This document shows, piece after piece, positions 45,188 through 56,976 of a stretch of 64,000 bases of DNA. The DNA lies in NCBI RefSeq assembly GCF_032191835.1, contig NC_083227.1, positions 41,230,001 to 41,294,000 of the forward strand. Reading direction: 5' to 3'. Source of the DNA: Heteronotia binoei (taxonomy: Eukaryota). Made by a program: the position numbers and the translations under genes. Numbering within the stretch: the stretch's first letter is position 1; every line of letters starts with the position of its first letter. The notes beneath the pieces were generated by a model. That model was given only the letters and a program-made list of their open reading frames with translations, had not been told where the DNA came from and did not search any database.

Positions 45188-45314
45188 TCAGCCAAGACAC
45201 GTTATTGTAATTCTGATGCATAACATTCCAATACAGTGCTTTTTCTTCCTGGTCCATCAAAGTCCATTCCTCCTCAGAGAAACGCAGAGATACATCTTCG
45301 AAGGTGACCAGGTC
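45188..45314 (-). CDS. KRAB-A box exon (127 nt)
   Basis: tttcag|DLVTFEDVSLRFSEEEWTLMDQEEKALYWNVMHQNYNNVSWL|gtaagg; canonical KRAB-A length and phase 0/1. Confidence 0.92.
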
Positions 45315-47104
45315 CTGAAACAACCAGAAGGAAATTATATTAATCACGTGACCATCTTTTACATAGACTTGGAGACAGGATTGCCAAGTAAATCTCAGAT
45401 CAGTGATGGATCACTTGCAGGGTCTTGGGCAAACCCACTGTCCTTCAGTGTCAGTTTGCAGTCTGAGAAGGGGGTATAATAAAGCCACCTTGCATAGTAC
45501 CCGCTGGGGAGGCAGATTGAAACAGTGGGGGGCCCTTTTTATGCCCAAAGAAGGATGATACTATATATAAAATGCACAAATTTTAAAAGAGAGAAATCTA
45601 CAAACACCTCCAAACTATTAATTCTACTGCCATCTAGACATTAATACTAGACAATACTACTAGACATTATATCCCACTGCTATTAGCAACACAGAAGAGC
45701 TCATTCCCACAAGACCGGATGATGACCACTAACTCAGATAGCTTTAAGAAGTGATTGGACAGATGTTTGGAGACTTCTCAAAAAATACCTCTGTTAAGTT
45801 CCACGCTGGCAGAAAGGTAGGATAGAAAAGTGAATACATGTTATATTAAAGGTGTGGAAGTAACAGCAACTGAACAGCCTTCTGACTAATGATACAAGCA
45901 GACCACTGATAGGCAAGTTAGCATAACTAATGCCATTTTCTTGTTATTCTGTTACTCAAGTTATTCTGTATTGCTTTAAAAAGCAAGTAACAGGGCCCAT
46001 ACCTCCAATTTTGTCAGATCTCAGATGCTAAACAGAGTTGAATCTGGCTATTACTTGGATGGGAAACCTCCTTGAAATGCCAGGAGACAGGGGCAGGCCT
46101 TATTCAGCCACCTGCTTGAATATCCTCCAGGCTACTAGTAGGGGTCAGTCACCAGAGGTCGCCATGACTTCCAGGTGCACATGCGGTCCCACACAAAAAA
46201 TTACAAAAAAAAAGAAAAGTTACAGGCAAGTTATTTTCAGCATCTATGCAAAACAGGATGTGGGTAAGATGTTCTGGGGCACATGGGCAAGCAAGACAGT
46301 TGGTGAAAAACAGAAAAGCAATCTTGCAAGATTAAAAAGCAGTATGAATGTTCAAAAGAAGGGCAAAAGACATACATGCTTGGCAAATGTGTGTGCGTGT
46401 GTATAAAAAAACCCCTCTGTAATCTAATCTGTATAGATATATCCTCTGTAATCTAAAGACATCTGCACAGGTCTAAAAGTTGTTTACTATAGTAGATAAA
46501 AAGCAGGTGCTGGATGCTTTTCTAATGGATTTCTTGGGTTTTTGCTGCTGAGATCCCCTTTATGGCAATAAAATTCTGTCTGCTTCTGGAATCTCACTAG
46601 TTATGTTCATCAGTGGGCTTTGGATGCACCAGCTAAGGGCCCATTTGGGCAACACCACAAATAAGAGTGTGGCATCTGTGCACAGAGCAGCCTTGGGAGA
46701 GCACCATACTCAGTGCAAAGAAACATGTTCAGGCAAGCCTCTAGAAGCACCTCTAAGAGATGCGTGACAAACAAGCGAAGCGCTGCCCATTTCCAAAAGC
46801 TTTGTCTGCTTCTCATACAGCTTTCAGAAAGAAAAAACGCTCAGGAGTCTCATTAGGGGAAAAAAAACTGCTACACTTTGGCTGGGCACGTGGTGTCACA
46901 ATCTCTAGTACCTGATTCCCTTTGCATTAAACCTTCTGACATTACGTGCATTTGTAAAGTGTTTCCTAGAAATGTTCTCCTCTCCCCACCCCCCCTTCCA
47001 ATGATCTGAGGCTGCTGTTGCTGGTTAATGACTCTGCATTGCCTGCTTCAACTTCAAAAGCACTCAGGGGCCAGCGCCAACCACTAGTAAGCAGTTCTTG
47101 TTTC

Positions 47105-47400
47105 ACACAGGACATAAGAGAAGCCATGTTGGATCAGGCCAATGGCCCATCCAGTCCAACACTCTGTGTCACACAGTGGCCAAAAAACCCAAGTGTCATC
47201 AGGAGGTCCACCAGTGGGGCCAGGACACTAGAAGCCCTCCCACTGTGTCCCCCCAAGCACCAAGAATACAGAGCATCACTGCCCTAGACAGAGAGTTCCA
47301 ACAATACGGCTGTGGACCTCTGCTCCATATGCTTATCCAATCCCCTCTTGAAGCTGTCTATGCTTGTAGCCACCATCACCTCCTGTGGCAGTGAATTGCA
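47105..47400 (-). mobile_element. CR1-type LINE 3' fragment in an intron
   Basis: cataagagaagccatgttggatcaggccaatggcccatccagtccaac matches the recalled squamate CR1 3' end in reverse. Confidence 0.6.
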
Positions 47401-47469
47401 CAGAATACACAGCAGTTCTGCAGAACCCATTCAACAGGCAGAGCCATTAAACACTCTCAAAACACTTAC

Positions 47470-48345
47470 CTTCTCCAGCTCCTGACCAACCATGACCAGT
47501 TCCTGGTCCCCCAAATAGGTCTCGGCCAGCCAAACTGCCTCCATGCTGGTTCTTGGCTCCCTGGCTTTCACCCAAGCCTGCATGCTCACTGGTAGCACAG
47601 CTAGGAACTGTTCCAAGATGACCATGTCCACAATCTGGTCTTTGTCGTGCTCCCGAGGACACAACCACTGCCGAGCTGCCTCACTTATCCAGGACAGAAT
47701 CTTCTGGGGATTTGCTCCAGGTGGGACAGCGCCCGAGCGAAACCTCTGCCTCCCAGCTTCCTGGCTGGCCTGAAGGTGGACTGAATGGGATGTTTGGGGC
47801 TCCTCACAGAGCACGGGACTGGCCATGGCACCACCATCCTTGAACCTCTCTGAGCATTCCTGCAAGTCTGGAGGAGTTACAAAGACCACTGAGGATGGCT
47901 CTGCAGGAACCGATTCAGCAACTGTGGCAGATGTTTGCGAGTGACACGTCCCTTGCAGAGTTGCACTCAGACATGCTCTCAAGCGCTCCATTGTCTGTTT
48001 GGGGTTTTGGATACATGGCTTCTTGGCAGGAACTGTTTCCGACAGCCCATCAGAAGTTGGCGGGACCCCTTTGTACGTCAGTTGTGGAACAGAAGGGGTT
48101 GTGGTCTTTGTGCTCCGCTCAATTCTCTTGGCTTCTCTGGCTGCCTTGATTGGAGGGTGACAGTGTGCTGAGTACTTTATGACGCGGTCATCATATGTGT
48201 GAGCTCTCCCCGGGCAATGGTCCTTATAGTAGATTGCACATTTCCAAAAGGTTTTGTTCCCAACCACACGCTCCTTTGTATGCAAGTATCCATCATAAAC
48301 CAACTGATCCCGCCCTTTCTTACTCTTCACATACTGTAGGGGCAT
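47470..48345 (-). CDS. First coding exon: N-terminal FLYWCH zinc finger (aa ~5-65) plus SCAN domain (aa ~196-278)
   Basis: KSKKGRDQLVYDGYLH...TFWKC...HCPGRAHT...HCHPP (FLYWCH); RQRFR...ARQWLCP...EQFLAVLP..MQAWVK...EAVWLAETY (SCAN); donor AAG|GTAAGT at 47469 in phase 0, matching the KRAB acceptor. Confidence 0.9.
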
Positions 48346-48570
48346 TTTTCAAAAGAATCAGGGTAGGGAACTGGGGATCAAGGTGTGTATATATATATAT
48401 GTATATTTTTTTTAAAATGGGGGGAACAGGTAACTTGCGGTGAGAGAAAAGAATCCAGAGAAGGTGCTGCCACAAAATGGCACTTCAGGATATTCAGGGA
48501 GCCAGGAAGAGATCCTTAAACATCATACAAGAGGAAAGAGGCTCAAGTTTCCCCTTCATGGTCCTCTCAC

Positions 48571-49030
48571 CCACGTTATGTCTGCAAACATTTTTTCCTC
48601 GAGTTCTATTTCCAGGGTCCGCCCAACCCGATTAGGCAGCACCTGCCTTTGGAAAGCCTTTCCGATCCCTCCAAGCCCAAACCGATGTCGGGTTTATTCT
48701 TTTCCTTGTTAAATGCTAGACCTGTCTTCCCCCTCCCCCGCCAGACGTCACTTGGCAGAGGACTCCGGCAATCAAACGGTTAAAAGAATACCCTGAATCT
48801 GGCGACGGCAGGTGGATTCAGGAAGTCAGAATCTGCAAGGCAGTTCTCACTCCAGTCGGATCGCAGTGAAAATGGCTGCGATGAAGTCAATCCGGTTCTT
48901 AGGGCAGCCGCTACCCAGCCCCGCCTCCTTGTTGCACAAATCAGAAGACTACAGAGGAGCCGGCACGCCAGCAGATCCGGTCTCCATTGTAATTTCTTTT
49001 AGCAAGACGCCTTAGGCGACAGAGGAAACA
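48571..49030. promoter_or_regulatory. CpG-rich promoter and probable non-coding first exon of the FLYWCH-SCAN-KRAB gene
   Basis: CpG cluster, CRE-like gacgtca (~48744-48750), YY1-like aaaatggctgc (48869-48879); minus-strand donor GG|GTGAGA at 48570 and acceptor cccag at 48372-48371. Confidence 0.6.
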
Positions 49031-51036
49031 GCTGAGTCTTCCGGTGCATGAAGCCCTCTAGAGGGAGCATTAAGACAACCAATCTGCTTCCAGTGGAAAA
49101 TGAAACTAACCTGAATAATCAGAACAAAGTTTAAAGGCACCTTTAAGACCAACGAACTTTTATTCAACATGTAAGCTTTCCTGTGCACGCGCAGTTCTTC
49201 AGATACAGTGAAATCGAAATTACCAGTCCACACATATAGGTAGAGGCAGAGCAGAAAATTAGCATACAACATAATAAAGATGTTTAGCAAGGACCAGGTA
49301 GTACATTTACTGGACCAGGTAGTCCAGTAGCACCTTTAAGACCAACAAAATTTAATCAGAATGTAAGCTTTCCTATGCATGCATGCTTCAGCAGACAATG
49401 GAATGGAGTACAGTGAGCAGAGGACCAAACAGGAATAACAACTGTAGTTTATATGATTACCATTTGTTTGGGTTTAATTCTAGGGGAAAACATAGTAAAG
49501 GAAATAAATATGTCAAAATTGGAGATTGATGGGCTGATGTATCCTTAATTGTGGAATGCTGAGAGTAATTAACAGAGACCGTGCCATTACACTCCATCCA
49601 TCCTCTCTCAAGCATGGAGGCAACCTTATAGTATGTTCCTTGAAGCAGGGTGATTGGCTGTGTAGAGTTATCACCTTTGTCCTCAGACCAGAGAAATACA
49701 CTCCAATCTAACATTCCAAATTTCATTATATTGCATTACAACCTACCATTCTAATCTATTATGTCCCTTTTGCAGGAGTAGTGAGAATACAGATGTCAGG
49801 GCTGAATGAGGTTAACATATGTAGTGAGAGAAGAAACTCAGCTTATCCTCTAATATTGTATATGTCATTAAATGCCAACAGTACCCTTCGGTTCTTTACA
49901 GAGGTCAAACAGGTCAAACTGAATGCCAAAGGATAAATGAACACAAATCTGACATCAAGAATCACAAGACTGAGAAATTTGTAGGAGTACACTTAAACCT
50001 TCCAGGACATTCTATAGGTGACCTCAGAGTAGCTGTTCTATTGCAAAGGAACTTGAGGAACAGACTAGAAAGGGAAATTACTGAGCTGCAAATTGTTACA
50101 ACAATGGAATCCCCAGAACTTAACAGGGATATTGGTTTTTATCTCACTATATATGCTAACATAATTCAGTCAATACATCTATATTCTCATGAATCTCCAA
50201 GAAGGGCCATACATCCTCTTCGTTTTATTTCTTATTTGGAATAGTAGGTTAGAATTGTGATGTAAATAGTAATAATGTAACATAAATAGTAGAATGTAAT
50301 GTAATTTGGAATGGTAGATTGGTCTGAATCCAGTCTGAATAGAAGTGAGGGGAAGGGGTAAGGCAAAGGTCAGAGATGAGAGAAAGCATTCAGCAAAGTA
50401 CTTTGGGTTTGCGCATGGCAAAAAAAGGCACTGGATGAGTGTCTGTGGCCTTGCAGAAGGTGAACAATGTTTTGGGTGGCTGGATAATGCCATGGAGACA
50501 GCAGGAAGCAAAAAGTCAGCAAAAGGCAATTAAAGTGGAGCTTGGATCTTTGGTTATGGTGTTGAGAAGCATCACAGTTCCTCTAGTCATTCAAGATTGT
50601 TTTAATAGTTTATAGTGTCAAGCATGGCTAATTCTGATCAATAACCGATGGGTTTGTGGCTTGTCAAAAGCAGGCCTAGGTAAGATCCTAGAGAACCAAA
50701 TGCTACTAGTTTATTATCTTTTCCTGGCTCCTCTTTGTTTTATGACTGTTAATTAGAGGGAACAAAGCAATCAGCACCTTCCCATGAATCCTTCCGCGGG
50801 AGGGAGAGCCATCTGGGCGGTGCAAGGCCGAATGCCTGATAACGCCCTGGGAACGTATGTAGTTTTGATACTCTATGTGTGAACGCTCCCCTGCTTCCCC
50901 TCCCGTAGGAATCCCTTTGAAGTATCTTAAAACCTGTGTATCGATGTATTGGTTTCATTCTTCTCAAGCCACGGCTTGAGCCATTTTGAGAAGAATCCTT
51001 TTTGAAGCTTAACCACCCTGGCTACTTTGTAACCGA

Positions 51037-54000
51037 ATGGCTGAAAAGATTCCAGGAGGCGGTGAGCTTCCCGATCCTGAAGATGAGGCGCCCGTACCAT
51101 GGCATGTACTGGACGCCCGGAGAGCAGCAGGCTCACCTCTCCAGATCCAACAGCTCCTGGCCACACCCCAGGAGTGGCAGCCGCGGACCTCCACCACCAC
51201 AATGGACGAGGCACCGGTGCAGAGAGAAGCCATCCTAACCCAACACATGTGCCGGGTAAAGATGGCCAACGAAGGGGCTGGCAACCCGGGACTGATGGAG
51301 CCGGAGATCGATACCATCATGGTCGTTCCCCTGCCAGACAGAGATCCCGATCTGAGGGAGAGGGATCCGGAGGCCCCGGCCCTGAAGGAAGAGGAAGATG
51401 AGGTGGCCCATGAGTTCCGTGTGATGGTCCACAAAGAGGTGGAGGCCGTGGCCAAGGGACTGCAGGATGAGATGCAGGCGATGACCACTCGGATGGCGGG
51501 AGAGATCACCAGAGAGATCACCTGATCTCTGGGACTGCCCAGACCCCAGAGGGTTCAACCACCCCCTCTGGCCCGGCAGCTGGCAGCCCCGGGGGCACTG
51601 GCTGCTCCACCACCTGCGGGGCCGGCACCTAGATCAGCAGCACCCCCGGCGCCAAGGGAAGGGGGCCATGGGTGGGAGCTGGATGCCATGGGGACCTGGA
51701 GGAAGTGGAATACTTTACGATCCAGGCTAACAGCTACATGCATTACTGGGGGAACACGTTCCCCGATGAATTTAGTCGAGTGGACTATTTGGGGTCGAAA
51801 CTGAAGGGGGCCGCCAAGAGATGGTACGTGAGCCTGTACGAAGCTGTGAGCCCGGAACTGGACTATGTTGCTACGTTCCTCCAGGCTCTGATGGCCCAAT
51901 ATGAAGACCCCCTCCAAGAGACCCAGGCGTTAGCGGCCTTGCGTGACATGCAGCAAGGATCAAAGTCGATTAGAGAGTACGCTGTGGAGTTTCGGGCAAC
52001 GCCGTGAAGGTGAGAGGGTGGAGTGAGTTGATGAAGATCGAGCACTTCATCAGAGGGCTGAATGCGGGCATACTGGATCGGGCCCTTACTCAGGCCAGAC
52101 CTACCACGCTGGTGGGATGGATCCAATTGGCAGGTGAGGTCGAGACCAACATGAAATGAGTGGCCATGCAACGCCAGCAGCAGAGCGGTAAGGGAAGCCG
52201 AGATCCAAAGACGGGGGCCAAGCCGGAGGTGAAGAAAGCCCAAGGAGGCGGTGGTGGGAAGGCTGCAGGGTCCCGAAAGTGTTTTCGATGTGGGGACCCC
52301 AACCATCTGGCCAGCAATTGCCAGATTTCGATGTGGGCACCCCCGAGTGCACCCAAGCCGGGCACCCCAGTGCCAAAAAAAAACACTGGGCCGCTTTAAG
52401 GAAGCGGCAAAAGGCAGCGCTGCAACCACAGGGGAGCCGGAGGACGAAACTCTCATCGCGGACGAGCTGAGTGAGCTGGTGTGGATGGACAAGCTGTCAG
52501 GAAACGAGGACAACCTGCTCTAAAGGGTGCCAACCAGCAGGTCGCAGAGGAACCGGCACCACTCAGGGTGAGAGTAATGGGGTTGCTGTATTTTGTACCA
52601 GTGAAACTGCTGAACAGTAAGCTCAAAAGATTTGTGCAGGTGAGAGCCCTGATTGATTCAGGATGCAATCGGGACTTAATCACCCACAAGTTGGTGGACG
52701 CCTTGGGGTTGGCCACCACGGCCCTACCCTTTCCCATACAATTCGAACAGATGGACGGGACAGTGATGCGGGGAGAGCCCTGCGTGCTGGAGACTCAGTT
52801 GGTGCCCGTGGGGATCGAAGGGCATTGGGACCAAGAGACGTTTGTAATCGCTCCCTCCTGCTCTTATGATGTAGTCCTGGGAGTGGGGTGGTTGGCTAAA
52901 CAGGAACCAAGCATCCGGTGGGGGGGGGATCAAACCATAAAGTTTGTTGACTCGCTGTGTGAGACCCATCTTTGGAGTCTGGATTGGGGCCCATAGCCCC
53001 CTCCCATGAAGGAGAAGGTCTGTTTGACAATGCAGGAGGTCCCAGCCGTTCCTAAGGCATATCGGAACGATGGGGTGTTTAGTGAGCAGGGAGCGGACAA
53101 ACTTCCCCCTCACAGGAGCACCGACTGTGCTATCGAACTAATAACAGGGCAGTCGCTGCCTAAAGCTAAGCTGTACTCTATGGGGTGGGCAGAGAAAGTG
53201 GAGCTACAAAAATTTCTAGACCGGAACTTGAAACGGGGTTTTATCAGACTGGCGACGGCCCCCCACGCCATCCCAGTTTTATTTAGGAAAAAGAAGGACA
53301 GCTCGCTTAGGCTTTGTATGGACTTTCGTGGGATTAACGGGATTTCAACCTCCAATGCCTATCCCATCCCCCTCATCAAAGACTTATTGAGCACGGTGTT
53401 CGAAGGTAAGATTTTCACCAAACTGGGCTTGAGGGATGCGTACTTTAGAGTGCACATAAAGGAGGGGGATGAATGGAAGACGGCTTTTAATACTCCCATG
53501 GGACAATTTGAGTATTTAGTGATGCCGTTTGGACTACAGGGCGCGCCAGGGGTGTTCATGAATTTTATCAATGATGTGTTACGAAAATTTTTGTTCAATG
53601 GGGTAGTGGTTGACATCATTATTTATTCACAGGATGAATAGTCCCATGTAAAATTGGTGAGGGAAGTATTGAGCACCTTATTGGAGCATAAGTTATACGC
53701 CAAACTGTCCAAGTGCGAGTTCCATAAGACCGAGCTAGATTACCTGGGGTTTCAGGTGTCCGCACAGGGACTGGCTATGGACCTGGCCAAGGTACAAGCC
53801 GTATTGGATTGGGCCCCCCCGAGGACATGTAGACAGCTACAATCTTTCCTCGGGTTCGCAAATTTCTACAGAAACTTCATTGCGTGGTTCGCCCAGATTA
53901 TGCTCCCCCTCACAGAGTTGTTAAAAACGAAGGGGCCTGAGGCAAAGCGCCGGGGGCCCATCTAAATTGGACACCGAAATGCCAAGAGGTGTTCGACAAA

Positions 54001-55920
54001 CTCAAACGGCTGTTTACTAGCGAGCCGGTCCTGAGCCACCCCAATGAGTTGCGGCCCTTCATTGTGCCATGCAATGCCTCCGACGTGGCCGTAGGAGCCA
54101 TTCTCATGCAGAAAGATGAGAAAGGGAGGCTGAGACCCTGCGCATATATTTCCAGAAAGTTCTCGGCCAAACAAAGGAACTGGTCGGTGTGGGATAAAGA
54201 GGCGTTTGCTGTAATTTATGCTTTGAAAACCTGGCAGTCATGGTTAGAGGGGGCCAAAATCCCTTTTGAGATATGGACGGACCATAAGAACCTCGAGGCT
54301 CTCACTGGGAGGAGGAAACTGAGAGAAAAACAGATCAGGTGGGTGGGGTTTTTCTCCAAGTTTGACTTTGTGCTGAAGCATATTCCCGGAACCAAGAATT
54401 TCTTGGCTGACGCACTCTCTCGCTTGTCTTAGCACAACAGTCAGAGGGAGGAGGTAGTAGATTCCCTAGTCTCTCCCTCCCAAGTAGCTGCTGTAGTGAC
54501 AACCCGGTCCCAGACCAAATGTAAGCTGGAGGGGTGGGGGACCAAAAGGATGGCTTTGGAGACAGAAAAGGAAGGGGACGACCGGCCAGGGGAAATTCAG
54601 AAGAAAGAGGATGGGTTGTGGTATAGGGGGGAGAAGCTGTACGTCCCCAAAAATATGAGAGCGGAAGTCCTACAATTTTGCCACTCAAACAAACTGGCCG
54701 GGCATTTTGGGTACATGAAGATGCTCCATCTAATTAGTAGGCAGTTCTGGTGGCCCTCCCTAAAGAAAGATGTATCCGAGTTTGTATCCTCCTGCCCCAT
54801 ATGCATAATGGCGAAAAGGAGGGGGGGGACCACCTGGACTGCTAAAACCACTAGAGACAGCTACCAGACCCTGGTCGGTAGTCTCAATGGACTTTATTGT
54901 GGAACTACCGCCATCACATGGCAAGACAGTAATTCTGGTGGTAGTAGACACATTTTCAAAACAAGCCCATTTCATTCCTTGTGCACAATTACCCACGGCT
55001 AAAAAGCTAGCCTATTTGTTTTTTAACCATGTTGTTAAACTCCACTCATTCCCGGACAAGGTAATTAGCGACTGGGGCCTGCAGTTCATTGCTAACTTCT
55101 GGCGGGAGTTTTGTAAATTGTTAGGGATGGAGCAAGGCTTGAGTTTTGCCTACCACCCTCAAACTGACGGACACACGGAACGCGTAAATGCCTTACTAGA
55201 GCAATACCTGCAGTGCTACATAAACCACCAACAATCAAATTGGGTGGATCTCCTCCCCTTTGCTGAATACAGTTACAACAGTGTGCACAGCTCCACCAAA
55301 ACCTCCCCCTTCCAAACCGTTAATGGGTACGAAGGAAAACCAATCCCAACGCTGCCAGGGGGAGTGCAATCAAAGGAGCCCAGCTCATTCAAACAGTGGT
55401 GGAGAAACCTGAGTGAGGGTTGGAAAGGGATTCAAGAGAATTTGGAGTCTGCAAAAGGTGTACAAAAAACAGTATGACAAGTCCCATGTGCCCGCCTGGG
55501 ACTTCAAGGTGGGGGATTCGCTGTTCGTTTCAACAAAGAACTTGCCCCTGTAGCAACCCTCCAAAAAATTGGCTTATCGATATTTAGGACCCTTTAAGAT
55601 CAAACGGGTGATCAATAAGGTAACTGTAGAATTGGAACTGCCTAAAATGTTTAGTAAAGTACACCCTGTCTTTCATTGCAGTCTGCTCCGAAGAGACCCC
55701 AGTGCTTCTCTTTGGCACCCTCAACCGACAGCTCCGCAACCTATCCAGATTGGGAATCAGAGTCACCATGAGGTCCAGGAGATTCTGGACTCAAAAGTCT
55801 AACAGGGGACATTGTATTACTTAATCAAATGGAAACACTTTCCTTCTAGTGAAAATGAATGGGTGGCACAAAAAGATGTTTTAGCCCCAGATTGGTCAGT
55901 AAATTTCACAGAAAATTCCC
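51037..55920 (+). pseudogene. Disrupted Gypsy gag-pol: Gag, CCHC, protease, RT, RNase H, integrase, chromodomain
   Basis: YLGSKLKGAAKRWY (Gag), CFRCGDPNHLASNC, ALIDSGC, LRLCMDFRG/EWKTAF/VMPFGL, NASDVAVGA/TDHKNL, GHFG..K/CPIC/MDFIVELP/HPQTDG, HEVQEILDSKV*QGTLYYLIKWKHF..SENEW (55767-55890); many stops and frameshifts; RT motif reads VVVDIIIYS (YLD missing). Confidence 0.93.
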
Positions 55921-56354
55921 TCAAAGACCGAGGGGTTAAGCTTAAGGGGGGCAGTATGTCAAGCATGGCTAATTCTGATCAATAACCGATGGGTGTATGG
56001 CTTGTCAAAAGCAGACCTGGGTAAGATCCTAGAGAACCAAATGCTGCTAGTTTATTATCTTTTCCTGGCTCCTCTTTGCTTTATAACTGTTAATTAGAGG
56101 GAACAAAGCAATCAGCACCTTCCCATGAATCCTTCCACAGGAGGGAGAGCCATCTGGGCGGTGCAAGGCCGAATGCCTGATAACGCCCTGGGAATGTATG
56201 TAGTTTTGATATTCTATGTGTGAACGCTCCCCTGCTTCCCCTCCCCGTAGGAATCCCTTTGAAGTGTATCTTAAAACCTGTGTATCAATGTATTGGTTTC
56301 ATTCTTCTCAAGCCACGGCTTGAGCCAAAGTATCGGTCTATCAATAAACGTAGT

Positions 56355-56976
56355 TATCAAAGATTTCAGGTTTTCATGGCTGGTAACATCATTAGGGTTT
56401 GTAGAATCTTTCGGGATCAATCTTTCGGGTCTCACACTATCATACCCGCCTGAACAGAGAAGCTATTGAGATTTACAAACACCAGCAGAATTTTAACAGA
56501 AAGGAAGAAGGCATTTTCATCCACCAATCTTGGTACCCAGCTCTGCAAAACACCCTACAGACTATAAATTGCAGAAAGTCTCAGAACAACCAGCAAATTC
56601 CACAGAACAATCAACACAGTCAACAACCATCTTCCTTATCTTCAAACCCCTTCCAACCTTCCCAGTAATTAACACAGAACAATGGTCACATTCAACAGCC
56701 AGTTTCCTTATCACTACCCTTCCAGGAAGCCCCACCAAACAATGGGCACATCCACAAACCAATTGCCCTTTCATCACACCCCCTCCAGCCTACAAATAGC
56801 AGCTCTCCAGCAGCCCTGGCCCCACTCAATGCACAGCAGCCAAGAAGGTCTGAGCGCCTGCTCCGGCTGCAACGCCACTGAGGATGTTCTCCGCAGCTGA
56901 GAACGAAACGTCTGGAAGGAAAACTTTCTCCAGTAGAACACGGCACTTGATCCCGAAAGATTCTACAAACCCTAAT
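56355..56976 (+). mobile_element. 5'-truncated Penelope-like element with an inverted 5' pLTR segment
   Basis: Frame 56423-56668 reads YHTRLNREAIEIYKHQQNFNRKEEG..W.PAL (GIY-YIG C-terminus); perfect 30-bp inverted repeat 56391-56420 / 56947-56976; 12-bp TSD aataaacgtagt (56343-56354, 56974-56985). Confidence 0.88.
56875..56915 (+). ncRNA. Minimal type I hammerhead ribozyme in the Penelope pLTR
   Basis: CCA / CUGAGGA / U / GUUCUC-CGCAGCU-GAGAAC (perfect 6-bp helix II) / GAAA / CGUC / UGG; predicted cleavage after C56912. Confidence 0.8.

Noticed and set aside
49169-49397. Two more hammerhead-like motifs (49169-49205, 49362-49397, - strand) and one near 9300-9440
   Set aside because: Core or helices mutated (e.g. 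CUGCUGA, unpaired helix I); treated as dead Penelope-derived relics.
51037-55920. Gypsy as active or as a domesticated PEG10/RTL-like gene
   Set aside because: Stops and frameshifts in every domain including gag; RT catalytic motif deleted; LTRs ~4% diverged.
56327-56436. Gypsy 3' end at gagcca (56327) or ctcaca (56436)
   Set aside because: No TSD at either; the TSD and 11-bp inverted terminus are at 57029.
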